From Victivallaceae bacterium (GTDB taxonomy: Bacteria > Verrucomicrobiota > Lentisphaeria > Victivallales > Victivallaceae): a stretch of DNA of 64,000 nt. The position numbers were made by a program, and so were the translations under genes. The stretch lies in NCBI GenBank assembly GCA_034926605.1, contig JAYFQV010000009.1, positions 51,116-115,115 on the forward strand, in the 5' to 3' direction. Under the pieces are notes generated by a model. That model had not been told where the DNA came from. It ran no database searches and saw only the letters and a program-made list of their open reading frames with translations. Of this stretch, positions 28,232-38,254 are shown one piece after another (the first letter of the stretch is position 1; each line of letters opens with the position of its first letter).

Positions 28232-29926
28232 ATGAGGAAATTTCTGCTTATGCTTGCTGTCCTCGCCGCCGCCGGAGTTTTTGCTGACGATATCCCCGGA
28301 GTTCCGCGCGACTCCAATTTGAACAACACCGGCGGATATGAATCCACCAGGATTCAGGCACAGCTGCAGGTGAAGGTGGCCGATGACACCAGGATATTCC
28401 ATTTCATCCGCGACAACAACGATCCCCGGGTGGTTACCAAGACCTATCTGATCAAGAATGTCGACGCTTACGAGTTTCGCGACTTTCTTCGCCAGATGGT
28501 ACAGGCCAAGCGGGTCGGCAACACCGCATTGCAGCAGGACTATCCGGGCAACGCCTATGCCACCGACGGCTCCGGCAACAAGATTCCAGGCACGGTCGCG
28601 GCCACCGTCAGTTCGCCGGAGCTTTCTCCGACCGCCGCTCAGCCCGGCTATGTTCCGGCGGCGCAGCTTGGCAGCAACACCGCGGTGGAATGCATCAAGT
28701 ACGCCGACGGAACCGGGCTGTTGATAATAAGTGCCGAGGATTACCGTTTCCGCGACCACGACGGCGGAATGGGAATAGACTCGCTGGTGGCGTTTTTGGA
28801 CAAGCCCCAGATGGGCGCCTGCTTCGGCACCCAGACATTTTTCTATCTTCCCAAGTTCGTGCCGGCACGCAATTTGATGCCGCTTATTCAGAATGTCGGC
28901 ATGAACATAAACGACGTCACCGAAGCATGGCAGGGGCAGGATCTGGTGGCTTACGATCCCGATCTGAACTGGTTGATTTTCGACGTTTCCAATTACTCCT
29001 GCGACAATATTTCGCTGATGCTGATGAAATACGACGTTCCGATTCCCCAGGTCAGAATGCGTTATTCGGTCTACGAAGTCACCAGTGAAAACGACGAGAA
29101 GATCGGTATAGATTTCCAGAACTGGAAAAACAACGAGGGAGCCAACATCTTCTCGGCCGGCGGCCGTTATCGCAACAACTGGTCCGCCACCTATTCCGGC
29201 GGTATGTCAAGAGATTATGGTTCGGAACGGACCAGCTTCTACAATTTCAACCCAAAATGGAATTCCCGCTACCTCGACTTTCTGGTGAGCAAAGGTCGCG
29301 CCAGGGTTGCCTATACCGGCGAACTGCTGATCCGCAACAACACTCCGGCCAAGATCGAACGGCTGACGCAGATTTTTTACGACGACGTTTCCAACCCGGT
29401 CAGCGGGGCGGTGACTTCTCCGGACATGGGGGTGGGGCCGTATGAAATGCTTTCCGCGTTGATCGGTCGCGCAATTCCCAATAACGATATTCCGGTCGGC
29501 AAGGGCGAAGCCGAGATAACCACCCGCGCTTCCGGGTTCGGTTTTACTTTGACGGTTGCCAATGCCGCGGTGAATTTGGACGAGACGCGGCTGAAGGTTA
29601 CCATGAGCAATACCAGTTTGCTCGGGTTCGAGTCCTCCGGCGCTCCGCGTATTTCGGCCGCCAGCGTGGTCACTCAGGACGTGAGTCTGCCGCACGGCAA
29701 GGATGTATTCGTGATCGGTGGATTGAAAAAACAGGAGGTGGTTAAGTCGACGTCGGGCGTCCCGTGGTTGATGGACATCCCCTGGATCGGTTATCTGTTT
29801 TCAACCGAGTCGACTTCGGTCAAATACTCCGAGCTGGTGCTGGCGGCCCAATGCGACTGGGCGTCGCCGGGCGACGAGCTGCCGCCGCCGGGAAGCAATC
29901 TGCGGCTGCGCAGAGATAAGCAATAA
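28232..29926 (+). CDS. Secretin-family outer-membrane channel protein, paralog 2
   Basis: Signal peptide MRKFLLMLAVLAAAGVFA. N-terminal TKTYLIKNVDAYEFRDFLRQMV. C-terminal SGVPWLMDIPWIGYLFS secretin motif. Confidence 0.6.
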   Translation: MRKFLLMLAVLAAAGVFADDIPGVPRDSNLNNTGGYESTRIQAQLQVKVADDTRIFHFIRDNNDPRVVTKTYLIKNVDAYEFRDFLRQMVQAKRVGNTALQQDYPGNAYATDGSGNKIPGTVAATVSSPELSPTAAQPGYVPAAQLGSNTAVECIKYADGTGLLIISAEDYRFRDHDGGMGIDSLVAFLDKPQMGACFGTQTFFYLPKFVPARNLMPLIQNVGMNINDVTEAWQGQDLVAYDPDLNWLIFDVSNYSCDNISLMLMKYDVPIPQVRMRYSVYEVTSENDEKIGIDFQNWKNNEGANIFSAGGRYRNNWSATYSGGMSRDYGSERTSFYNFNPKWNSRYLDFLVSKGRARVAYTGELLIRNNTPAKIERLTQIFYDDVSNPVSGAVTSPDMGVGPYEMLSALIGRAIPNNDIPVGKGEAEITTRASGFGFTLTVANAAVNLDETRLKVTMSNTSLLGFESSGAPRISAASVVTQDVSLPHGKDVFVIGGLKKQEVVKSTSGVPWLMDIPWIGYLFSTESTSVKYSELVLAAQCDWASPGDELPPPGSNLRLRRDKQ

Positions 29927-29938
29927 AAAGGGACATAT

Positions 29939-30382
29939 ATGAAAAAGATTGCGGCATTGATTCTTACGGCGGCGCTTGCGGTTGTATCCGGGTGCCGGGT
30001 TGTTCCATCGGGCCCGGAACCCAAACCGGTTCCGGAGGCGGTCAACGCTTCCGCGGTCAAACTGGGCGGTGAACTGCTTTCCGCGATTCGTTGCCGCGAT
30101 TTTGCCGCGTTCTGCAAGATAGCTCCGGAACAGATGAAGCCCGAACTCGACAAGGCCAAGTTCGACGCTTCCGCCGATCAGTTCAAGGCCGAGTACGGCG
30201 AACTGGAAGATTTTGAGTTTCTGACCATGCTCGACACCCCCGGGGTCGCCAATGCGGTGTGGAAGGTGGGATTTCGGCGCAACGACGCCGACGGCCATGC
30301 GGTGAGGCGCGAGCTGCTGTTCAGGGTGGTGGTGGCCGAGCTCGACGGCAAGACCGAGATATTGAGCTTCGGATTCTTCTGA
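29939..30382 (+). CDS. Small lipoprotein immediately downstream of the secretins (pilotin-like position)
   Basis: MKKIAALILTAALAVVSGC lipobox. 147 aa. Confidence 0.5.
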   Translation: MKKIAALILTAALAVVSGCRVVPSGPEPKPVPEAVNASAVKLGGELLSAIRCRDFAAFCKIAPEQMKPELDKAKFDASADQFKAEYGELEDFEFLTMLDTPGVANAVWKVGFRRNDADGHAVRRELLFRVVVAELDGKTEILSFGFF

Positions 30383-30540
30383 TTTCCGCCTCTTCCGCTC
30401 CGGAGGCGGTATGCGGCGGGTTGATTTCCGTACATAGGCATAAAAAGCGTTTTTTTTGTTGAAAAACGCGACAATTTCATTTGTATTTTGTCTATTCGTG
30501 CGGAATATTTCTTTACGGATATAAACAATGGAGGTAAAAC

Positions 30541-31126
30541 AGTGGAAACCATAACCATTTTTCTGAAGAACTACTCGAGCGAATGGTTTTTTTATCTGGC
30601 GATCGCGGGAAGCGCCATCTTCGTGCTCCAGATGATAATGACTTTTATTGGAGTTGGCGGGGATAATTTCGATACCGATGTTGCCACCGACTTCGACTCT
30701 TCCGACATCGACATGACCGGCGGCGGCGATCTCGGTTTGGTGAGTTTCTTTTCATTGCGCGCCATTATCGGGTTCCTGACATTCTTCGGGTGGGCCGGAT
30801 TCTTCTGGGGGAACACGCTGGGCGGTTTTATCCTGTCGATCGGCTGCGGTCTGCTTATGGCGGTGCTGACCACGCTGGTGGTCTGGTTTTTCGTCAAGAT
30901 GCAGCAGTCCGGCAATTTGAAAGGCGATGACTTCATCGGCAAGACCGGGGCGGTGTATCTTTCCATTCCCGGCGGTGACGGTTCCGGGCTGGTGACCGTG
31001 CAATTTCCGTCCTGTACCCGCCAGATCAAGGCGATAGCCGAAGAAGAGATTCCGGCCGGTCGGCCGGTGAAGGTGGTCGAGCTGATCGGGTCCGATCTCT
31101 TCCGTGTCGAAAAACTTTCCAAGTAA
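30541..31126 (+). CDS. NfeD-like membrane protein (short form with C-terminal OB-fold)
   Basis: GGAGGT RBS upstream of the GTG at 30541. TM helices followed by C-terminal KTGAVYLSIPGGDGSGLVTVQF...VKVVELIGSDLFRVEK, which is OB-fold like. The longest ORF starts with TTG at 30488. Confidence 0.55.
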
Positions 31127-31216
31127 AAAAGCGGACGGGCGCGGCGTGGCCCGGAACATCGCGGGACGATGACGCCACAAGCATGTAACAACCAAAGTAA
31201 CATAGGAGACTTTTGA

Positions 31217-32785
31217 ATGGAAATTATTGTCTACATCGTGCTGGCGGCATTCGTGCTAATGGCTCTTTTCGCAATGCTCGCCACCCGCTACCGCAAGTGC
31301 CCCTCGGACCGCATCATGGTCATCTACGGTAAGACCGGCGGCAATCAGGCGGCACGCTGCATTCACGGCGGCGCCAAGTTCATCATCCCGGTGATTCAGG
31401 ACTACGGATACATCTCTCTGCGTCCGCTGCAGATCGATGTCAAGCTGGACAACGCGCTGTGCCAGCAGAATATCCGTATCAATGTGCCCAGCGTGTTCAC
31501 CGTGGGCGTGAGCACCCGTCCCGAGATCATGGGCAACGCCGCCGAACGTTTGTTCGGGCAGACCCCGGAAGCCATCCAGGAGCTGAGCAAGGACATTATT
31601 TTCGGCCAGCTGCGTCTGGTGATCGCCTCCATGACCATCGAGGAGATCAACGCCGATCGCGAAACGTTCCTGCGCGCGGTGGAAACCAACGTGGCCGAAG
31701 AACTTAACAAGATCGGCCTTGAACTGCTCAACGTGAACATCACCGACATCACCGACGAATCCGGTTACATCGACGCGATCGGTAAACGGGCCGCCAGCGA
31801 AGCGATCAACCGCGCCAAGATCGACGTGTCCGAAGAGGTGCGTAAGGGCTCCACCGGTGAGGCCGAGGCCAAGAAGCAGGAGCGTATCGCCGTGGCCGAC
31901 GCCGACGCCAAGGCCATCTCCGGCGAAGCCCGCGCCGCCCAGGAGCGCCGTATTGCCGTGGCGCAAGCCGAGACCGCCGCGGTCTCCGGCGAGGCCGAGG
32001 CCGCGCAACAGCGTCGTATCGCGATCGCGCAGGCCGAAACCACCGCCGTTTCCGGCGAGGCCACCGCCGACCAGCAGCGCCGTATCGCGGTGAAGCAGGC
32101 CGACAGTACCGCCACCCAGGGCGAGAACCTCTCCGCCGTCGAGATCGCCAAGAGCAACGCCAGCCGTACCGAGCAGGAGGCCGAAGCCTACCGCCGGGGC
32201 GAAGCCGCGCGCCGGGTAGCCGCCGCGCAGGTCGAGCAGGCGCAGTTCGACGCCGAGAAAGTTGTACAGATTTCCCGTGCCGCGATGGAAATGGAAAAGC
32301 AGAATGCCGAAATCATCGTTGCCGCCGAAATCAAGAAAAAGCAGATTGAAATCGAAGCCGAGGCCCAGGCCGAAAAACTCCGTCGCGAGGCGAAAGGCCA
32401 GGCCGATGCCATCTTCGCCAAGCTCGAGGCCGAGGCACGAGGCAATTTCGAGATTCTGAAGGCCAAGGGCGAAGGTTATCGCCAGATCATCGACGCCTGC
32501 GGCAAGAGCGGCGAGTCCGCCGGCCGTATGCTCCTTATCGAAAAACTTCAGGACATTGTTGCCATGCAGACCGAGGCGATCCGCAATATCAAGATCGACA
32601 AGGTCACGGTTTGGGACAACGGCGGCAAGACCGGCGATGGCAAAACCGCCACCGCGAACTTTCTCAGCGGCATGGTGCAGAGCCTGCCCCCGCTGCATGA
32701 CGTTGCAAAAATGGCTGGCCTGGATCTGCCCGAGTATCTCGGCAAGGTGAAGGACCAGGAGAAAACCGAGGAAAAGAAATCATGA
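31217..32785 (+). CDS. Flotillin-like SPFH/band-7 protein (FloT/YuaG-like)
   Basis: 522 aa. N-terminal TM helix, SPFH domain, then a long Ala/Glu-rich coiled-coil with the repeated AQERRIAVAQAETAAVSGEAEAAQQRRIAIAQAE flotillin signature. Confidence 0.75.
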   Translation: MEIIVYIVLAAFVLMALFAMLATRYRKCPSDRIMVIYGKTGGNQAARCIHGGAKFIIPVIQDYGYISLRPLQIDVKLDNALCQQNIRINVPSVFTVGVSTRPEIMGNAAERLFGQTPEAIQELSKDIIFGQLRLVIASMTIEEINADRETFLRAVETNVAEELNKIGLELLNVNITDITDESGYIDAIGKRAASEAINRAKIDVSEEVRKGSTGEAEAKKQERIAVADADAKAISGEARAAQERRIAVAQAETAAVSGEAEAAQQRRIAIAQAETTAVSGEATADQQRRIAVKQADSTATQGENLSAVEIAKSNASRTEQEAEAYRRGEAARRVAAAQVEQAQFDAEKVVQISRAAMEMEKQNAEIIVAAEIKKKQIEIEAEAQAEKLRREAKGQADAIFAKLEAEARGNFEILKAKGEGYRQIIDACGKSGESAGRMLLIEKLQDIVAMQTEAIRNIKIDKVTVWDNGGKTGDGKTATANFLSGMVQSLPPLHDVAKMAGLDLPEYLGKVKDQEKTEEKKS

Positions 32786-33396
32786 ATATCCTGATGGCCT
32801 GGAGCGCATTTATGGTCGTCGCGCTGGGTAGCGGATGCGGCGTGACGCCGATGTTCAATCCGCCCATTGTTGTCGATCCGACTCCCGAGCAGCGGAAGGT
32901 TGTGGAGTCGCAGCACGTTGAAATCGCGCAGAAGCTGGTCGGCGACTGGAAGGCCGGAGACGAAGCCGAAGCGAAAGCCGCCCTTGGCGAGAAAAACCTT
33001 CTGATGCTCGATGTGCAGCTTAAGGAGGGCGACAAAGGCATGAAGCAGGTTCCGCTTTACGGGCTGTGCTCGTATTTGAACAACGAGCCTTATCTGACGT
33101 TCTGCGTGAACTTGAACCAGCCGGCATATGACGGCATCAACGGTATGGTGCGTCCGAATTTCTACGCTGCTCATCTGGTTTTCGACGGTGCGGACAATGT
33201 CACGGTCGAGATCATCACCTGGAAGACCGAAGGTGAAAACGGCAAACCGACCGATCCTTCGCTGGTTTTCTGCAGTAATGGCGATGCAGAGAAGTGCGGC
33301 GACACCGTTATGAACTCCTCCGAAGAACTTTGTAAGCTCATCGCCGCCGGGAAATATCGCGTGGCCAAGACCTATAAGTTCGAACGGGTGAAGTGA
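32782..33396 (+). CDS. Hypothetical lipoprotein
   Basis: MNILMAWSAFMVVALGSGC lipobox. 4-nt overlap with the flotillin stop. Confidence 0.5.
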   Translation: MNILMAWSAFMVVALGSGCGVTPMFNPPIVVDPTPEQRKVVESQHVEIAQKLVGDWKAGDEAEAKAALGEKNLLMLDVQLKEGDKGMKQVPLYGLCSYLNNEPYLTFCVNLNQPAYDGINGMVRPNFYAAHLVFDGADNVTVEIITWKTEGENGKPTDPSLVFCSNGDAEKCGDTVMNSSEELCKLIAAGKYRVAKTYKFERVK

Positions 33397-33470
33397 GCGA
33401 TGACGAATCAACCTGGATGGTCCGCGGACCGGGATGCCCATAGTGCATAATCGGCTGTGAACATTTCAGA

Positions 33471-33502
33471 GCCGCCACCGTTTATACGGCGGCGGCTTTT
33501 TT
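33471..33502 (+). terminator. Rho-independent terminator
   Basis: GCCGCCACCG-TTTATA-CGGCGGCGGC hairpin followed by TTTTTT. Confidence 0.7.
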
Positions 33503-33604
33503 ATCTTATCGACAGCTTTTTAAACAGTTTTACCTAAGTCGGGTTGTTTTTGCAAATGCTCCGGTATATATTGGCTTCGTATCTTTATGGAAGCGAGGTG
33601 AATT

Positions 33605-35746
33605 GTGAAGCAGTTGTTCAAGATTACCGGAATGAGCTGTGCCTCGTGCGCGGCGCACGTCGAGAAGGCGGCCGGAACGGTGCCGGGAGTTCTCTCCGCC
33701 TCGGTCAACCTGATGGCGGATTCGATGCTGGTGGAGTATGACCCGGCCGTGACCGGGCCGGAAAAAATTGTCGACGCGGTTGCGAAGGCCGGTTATGGTG
33801 CATCGTCGGATGTGGCGTCAGACACGGGCGATGTTTTGCCGGGATCGGAGAGGGCGTCCGCCGCTGTTGGGAAAAGACTGCTGTGGTCGTTGGTGTTTCT
33901 GGCGCCGCTGTCGGTTTTGGCTATGGGCTTTCACGGTTGGTTTTGGCTTCAGATGGTTTTGCTGGTGCCGATTTTGTGGCTGAATCGCGGTTATTTTGTG
34001 AACGGCGGCCGGAGGTTGCTGTCGCTGGCGCCGAACATGGATTCGCTGGTCGCGCTTGGCGCGGGGGCGGGGGTGATATATTCGCTTTTTCTCTACGGCG
34101 GGGAAATGTTTTACTTCGATTCGGCCGGCATGGTGCTAACGCTGGTCACGGTCGGCAAATATCTCGAAGCGCGGTCGAAAAAGCACACCGGCGACGCGAT
34201 AGGCAAGCTGTTGTCGCTCGCGCCGGCCATGGCAACGGTTGAGCGCGACGGCGTGGAAGCGACGGTTCCGGCGGCGGAACTGAAGGTCGGGGACGTGGTT
34301 GTCCTGCGTCCCGGCGGGGCCGCTCCGGTGGACGGGGTTATTGTGGACGGGTTTGCGGTGTTCGATGAATCGGTACTGACCGGCGAGAGTATTCCGGTGG
34401 AGAAGTTCACCGGTTCCAAGGTGCTTTCCGGGGCGCTCAACACCGACGGTTTTGTGAAAGTGCGCGCCGAGAAGGTTGGCGGCGACACCACTTTGTCCCG
34501 TATCGCCGAGCTGGTGCGGGAGGCTGGAAGCACCAAGGCCCCCATCGCCAAACTTGCCGACCGGGTCAGCGCGGTATTCGTTCCGGCGGTCATCGCGGTG
34601 GCGGTTTGCACGTTTGCCGGCTGGATGCTGGCGGGGCGACCGGTCGGATTTTCACTCACCGCGGCGGTCACGGTTCTGGTCATCAGTTGTCCCTGCGCTT
34701 TGGGGCTGGCCACACCGGTGGCGATCATGGTTGGTGCCGGCCGGGGAGCGGAGTCCGGTATTTTGTTCAAGTCGGCCGAGGCGCTCCAGACGGTTCACGC
34801 CGCCACCTGCGCGGTGCTCGACAAGACCGGCACCGTTACCATCGGCCGCCCGGAGGTTACCGATGTTGTTCCACAGCCAGGTGTTTCCGAAACCGAGCTT
34901 CTACGTATGGCGGCGGCGGTGGAGAAATCATCGGAGCATCCTTTGGCAAAGGCGGTGGTCGCGCAGGCCGCGGCCGAAGGCCTTGAGTTGCCGGGTGCGT
35001 CGGAGTTTTACTCGCTCGGCGGGCTTGGAGTGATTGCCACTGTTGAAGGTCATGAATACGCGGCCGGTCGCGACAAACTTTTCGAAGATCTCAAGCTGGA
35101 CGCTTCCCCGCTTGTCACCTCGGCCGGCAATCTGGCGCACCATGGCAAGACTCCGCTGCTTTTTATGCGTGACGGCGCGCCGTTCGGTGTTATCGCGGTG
35201 GCCGACCGGGTGCGGGCGGACAGTCCGGAAGCGGTTGCGGCACTGGGTAAGCTGGGGTTGCGGGTGGTGATGCTCACCGGTGACAATCCGGCTACGGCGG
35301 GGGCGATAGCGAAGGACGCGGTCATTCACGAGGTTATCGCCGGAGTGCTTCCGGAGCAGAAGGCGGAGGAGATTGAGAAGCTGCGCAAGTCAGGAGAGAA
35401 GGTGGTGATGGTGGGCGACGGCGTCAACGACGCTCCGGCGCTGGCGGCCGCCGACACCGGCATGGCCATCGGCGCCGGCAGCGACATCGCAATCGACGCG
35501 GCGGACGTGGTGCTGGTTGGCAATTCGCTCTTCGGCGCGGTTGCCGCCATCCGCCTGAGCCGGGCGGTGTTTCGCAACGTCAAGGAGAATTTGTTCTGGG
35601 CGTTTTTCTATAACGTGTTGTTGATTCCGTTGGCGGCCGCCGGGCTGCTGAACCCGGTTTTCGGCGCGGCGGCGATGAGCGCCAGCTCGGTTTGCGTGGT
35701 GGCCAACGCGCTGCGGTTGCGCAGATTCAACGATAGCCGCTTATAA
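33605..35746 (+). CDS. copA: Copper-translocating P1B-type ATPase
   Basis: GTG start. HMA motif GMSCASC, CPC in TM6, DKTGT phosphorylation site, GDGVNDAPAL. Confidence 0.85.
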   Translation: MKQLFKITGMSCASCAAHVEKAAGTVPGVLSASVNLMADSMLVEYDPAVTGPEKIVDAVAKAGYGASSDVASDTGDVLPGSERASAAVGKRLLWSLVFLAPLSVLAMGFHGWFWLQMVLLVPILWLNRGYFVNGGRRLLSLAPNMDSLVALGAGAGVIYSLFLYGGEMFYFDSAGMVLTLVTVGKYLEARSKKHTGDAIGKLLSLAPAMATVERDGVEATVPAAELKVGDVVVLRPGGAAPVDGVIVDGFAVFDESVLTGESIPVEKFTGSKVLSGALNTDGFVKVRAEKVGGDTTLSRIAELVREAGSTKAPIAKLADRVSAVFVPAVIAVAVCTFAGWMLAGRPVGFSLTAAVTVLVISCPCALGLATPVAIMVGAGRGAESGILFKSAEALQTVHAATCAVLDKTGTVTIGRPEVTDVVPQPGVSETELLRMAAAVEKSSEHPLAKAVVAQAAAEGLELPGASEFYSLGGLGVIATVEGHEYAAGRDKLFEDLKLDASPLVTSAGNLAHHGKTPLLFMRDGAPFGVIAVADRVRADSPEAVAALGKLGLRVVMLTGDNPATAGAIAKDAVIHEVIAGVLPEQKAEEIEKLRKSGEKVVMVGDGVNDAPALAAADTGMAIGAGSDIAIDAADVVLVGNSLFGAVAAIRLSRAVFRNVKENLFWAFFYNVLLIPLAAAGLLNPVFGAAAMSASSVCVVANALRLRRFNDSRL

Positions 35747-35792
35747 TAGCGAGTTGTAGCAAGGACGACAAATAAACTGAAAAAACAGCGGC

Positions 35793-35870
35793 CGCCACAA
35801 ACGCGGCAGCCGCTGAAATGGAAGATCATAGTCCGTCGCTCAATTTCGGAGCGGCGGACTTTTCTTTAGT
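35793..35870. terminator. Two consecutive hairpins between convergent copA and the isomerase gene (bidirectional terminator region)
   Basis: AAAAAACAGCGGCCGCC...GGCAGCCGCTG, then CCGTCGCTC-AATTTCG-GAGCGGCGG followed by a T-rich run. Confidence 0.45.
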
Positions 35871-36750
35871 TACTGTTCCGAAGCCATCTTGAGGTAACGG
35901 ATCAGGTTTTCCCGACCGAGACGGATGCCCAGCTCGTTGTCCTCGATGCTTTCGAATTCGACCGACAGCACACCGTCGTATCCGGCGTTCTTCATCAGAC
36001 GCAGGCACTGCACGAACGGCACTTCGCCGTGGCCGATGATCGCGCCGCGGCGGAACTGACCGGCACGCGAGAGGAACCAACCCTCTCCTGGGTGCGGGCC
36101 GTTGCCGTCCTTGACCAGGAAGTCCTTGGCGTGGACATGGAAAGCGTACTTCATGGCTATGCCCAGCGCGTGGCCGGGGAATTCGTCCACACAGGTGAAG
36201 TTACCCATGTCAACCAGCCACCCGAAGTTGGGATGGTTAACGGCGCAGATCAGTTTTTCGACCCGTTCGGAATCCTGCACGAAGAACCCGTGGTTTTCCA
36301 CCATGGTGCGGATGCCTTTTCCCGCGGCGTATTCGGTGACGGCACGGCAGCCGTCAGCCAGTCTGGGCAGAACCGCGTCGAAGCTGCGCGGCCCGGTGTA
36401 ATCCGGCTTGAATCCCCAGGCCGCGTCGTGACGCATGCCCTTGGCGCCGAGGATTTCGGCGATGTCCACCTCGCCTTTGACCCGCTCTATCTCCTTCTCC
36501 AGGTCGCCGTCGGAACCGTTGATGAAATCGGCGCCGATGGTATAGTTGGAGATTTCAAAACCGGCCTCATCGCCAGCTTTGCGGATTTTCATCGCCCAGC
36601 TGCGGATGTCCTCGCCTTCCGGAACGTTCAACGTGGCATATTCGATTGATTCGAACCCCATCTCCTTCGCCTTGGCCGGGAAGGTGAGGTCGGTTATCTT
36701 GTTATCCTTGTAATAGCGGTAGAAACTGTATGAGCTTACTCCGATTTTCA
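35870..36750 (-). CDS. Sugar phosphate isomerase/epimerase (xylose-isomerase-like TIM barrel)
   Basis: MKIGVSSYSF start. Conserved His/Glu/Asp metal ligands typical of the AP-endonuclease-2 / xylose-isomerase-like fold. Confidence 0.7.
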
Positions 36751-36752
36751 TT

Positions 36753-37757
36753 TTAGAACTGTTTGACCTTTTCAAATTTGCCGGTCTGGCCGGACTTGGT
36801 GATGGCGTTGCAGATGGCGATCGCCTCGCGGCCGGTCTGGCCGGGGGTGCGGCAGATGGAGCGGCCGCGGATGGCGGCGACGAAGTTGCACTGGCTGTTC
36901 AGCCGGGATTCGCGCTGCTTGATCTCGCGGGCTTTCTTGGCGCCCTTCTTCTGATAGTAGAGCTTCCAGGCGTTGTCGATGAATATCGCGCCCTCGGTGC
37001 CCTTGAGGTAGAACTGGAAGCCGCCGATGGGGTCGGTCCACGAGAGTTCGAGGGTGCCGAAAGCGCCGTTGTCAAACTTGAGAATCGCGACCACGTTGTC
37101 GACCACGTCGATGCCGGGGAAGCGGGTGGTGGTGTAGCTGGCCACTTCGAGGATACGGTTGCCGGAAAGCCACTGCATGAGTTCGGCCAGATGCACGCCG
37201 ATGTCCTGGATCAGGCTGCCTTCATGGGCGGCCTGGACGAACCAGTCGGCGCCAGGGCTCCAGGCGATATGCGGCGGCTGGGTGGCGCAGGAGACGCAGG
37301 AGGCGCCGGTGAGTTCGCCTATCTTGCCCTGGGCAATCAGGTCGCGGAACTTGTAGCCGATGCTGTTGTAGTGCCAGGAATGATTGATCTGGAGGATTCT
37401 GTCGGCCTTTTCGGCCGCCTCGATCATCTTGGTGCATTTGTCGGTGTCGAATGCCATGGGCTTGTCGCTGAGTACGTGCCAGCCCTTCTTGAGCGCGGCG
37501 ATGGTCATCGGGTAGTGAAGATCGTTCGGAGTACAAATGCTGATGGCGTCGATATTGTCGGCCTTGAGCATTTCATCGAATGAAGTGTAGCGGTCCACAT
37601 TACCAAGATTGTGTTTGGTGATTTCGGTTTCCATTTTTTCGGGGACGATGTCGCACACCGCCACAATTTTCGCCTGTTTGCTGGCGAGATAACCGGGAAT
37701 ATGGTTGCAATCAGCGATCTTGCCGCATCCCACGATACCAATTCTGACCTTTGCCAT
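36753..37757 (-). CDS. Gfo/Idh/MocA-family NAD(P)-dependent oxidoreductase
   Basis: MAKVRIGIVGCGKIA Rossmann N-terminus with an AGGAG RBS upstream. The longest ORF extends to 37814. Confidence 0.75.
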   Translation of the reverse strand: MAKVRIGIVGCGKIADCNHIPGYLASKQAKIVAVCDIVPEKMETEITKHNLGNVDRYTSFDEMLKADNIDAISICTPNDLHYPMTIAALKKGWHVLSDKPMAFDTDKCTKMIEAAEKADRILQINHSWHYNSIGYKFRDLIAQGKIGELTGASCVSCATQPPHIAWSPGADWFVQAAHEGSLIQDIGVHLAELMQWLSGNRILEVASYTTTRFPGIDVVDNVVAILKFDNGAFGTLELSWTDPIGGFQFYLKGTEGAIFIDNAWKLYYQKKGAKKAREIKQRESRLNSQCNFVAAIRGRSICRTPGQTGREAIAICNAITKSGQTGKFEKVKQF

Positions 37758-37905
37758 CTTACAAACTCCTGTGTATTGGTTGTTGCTGTTAGGCTTAATC
37801 CATAATATAAGCATCCGTGTTGAAAAAACAACAACTTTTTCTCGAAATTATTGGCGAAAAGCACGCTTTCAATGTATTTTATATAAATATACATGGAGAG
37901 CTGCG

Positions 37906-38238
37906 ATGAAGATAAATCTAGATGAAATCAGACAAAGGCTGACCGGTATGCTGGAAGTTGCGATGGAGAGCGATTCCGGCGGGGTCTGGGCGATTCAGAT
38001 TGATTCCGACGGAAACGTCGCCGTCCCGGAACCGGGAAAAAAACGGTGGCTGCACAAATTGCTGGAGCTGCGCTGCGACGATGATGAGTTTCATCTTCTG
38101 GTGAATCCAGACCTGCGGTTCAAGCAGGAGATCGACCTGATGGACGACGATATTCCCGACACGGTTCCGGAGACTGTGGAATTTTTATGGGAGGACATCG
38201 TTGCCGGCATCCGCGAATATGAAGATTGTTTCGAATAA
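37906..38238 (+). CDS. Small acidic hypothetical protein
   Basis: MKINLDEIRQRL... with a GGAGAG RBS. About 110 aa. The longest ORF from 37705 is probably over-extended. Confidence 0.4.
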   Translation: MKINLDEIRQRLTGMLEVAMESDSGGVWAIQIDSDGNVAVPEPGKKRWLHKLLELRCDDDEFHLLVNPDLRFKQEIDLMDDDIPDTVPETVEFLWEDIVAGIREYEDCFE

Positions 38239-38254
38239 ACGAACAGGAAGCGTT

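Noticed and set aside
31256-32698. 480-aa minus-strand ORF
   Set aside because: Antisense to the clearly homologous flotillin gene.
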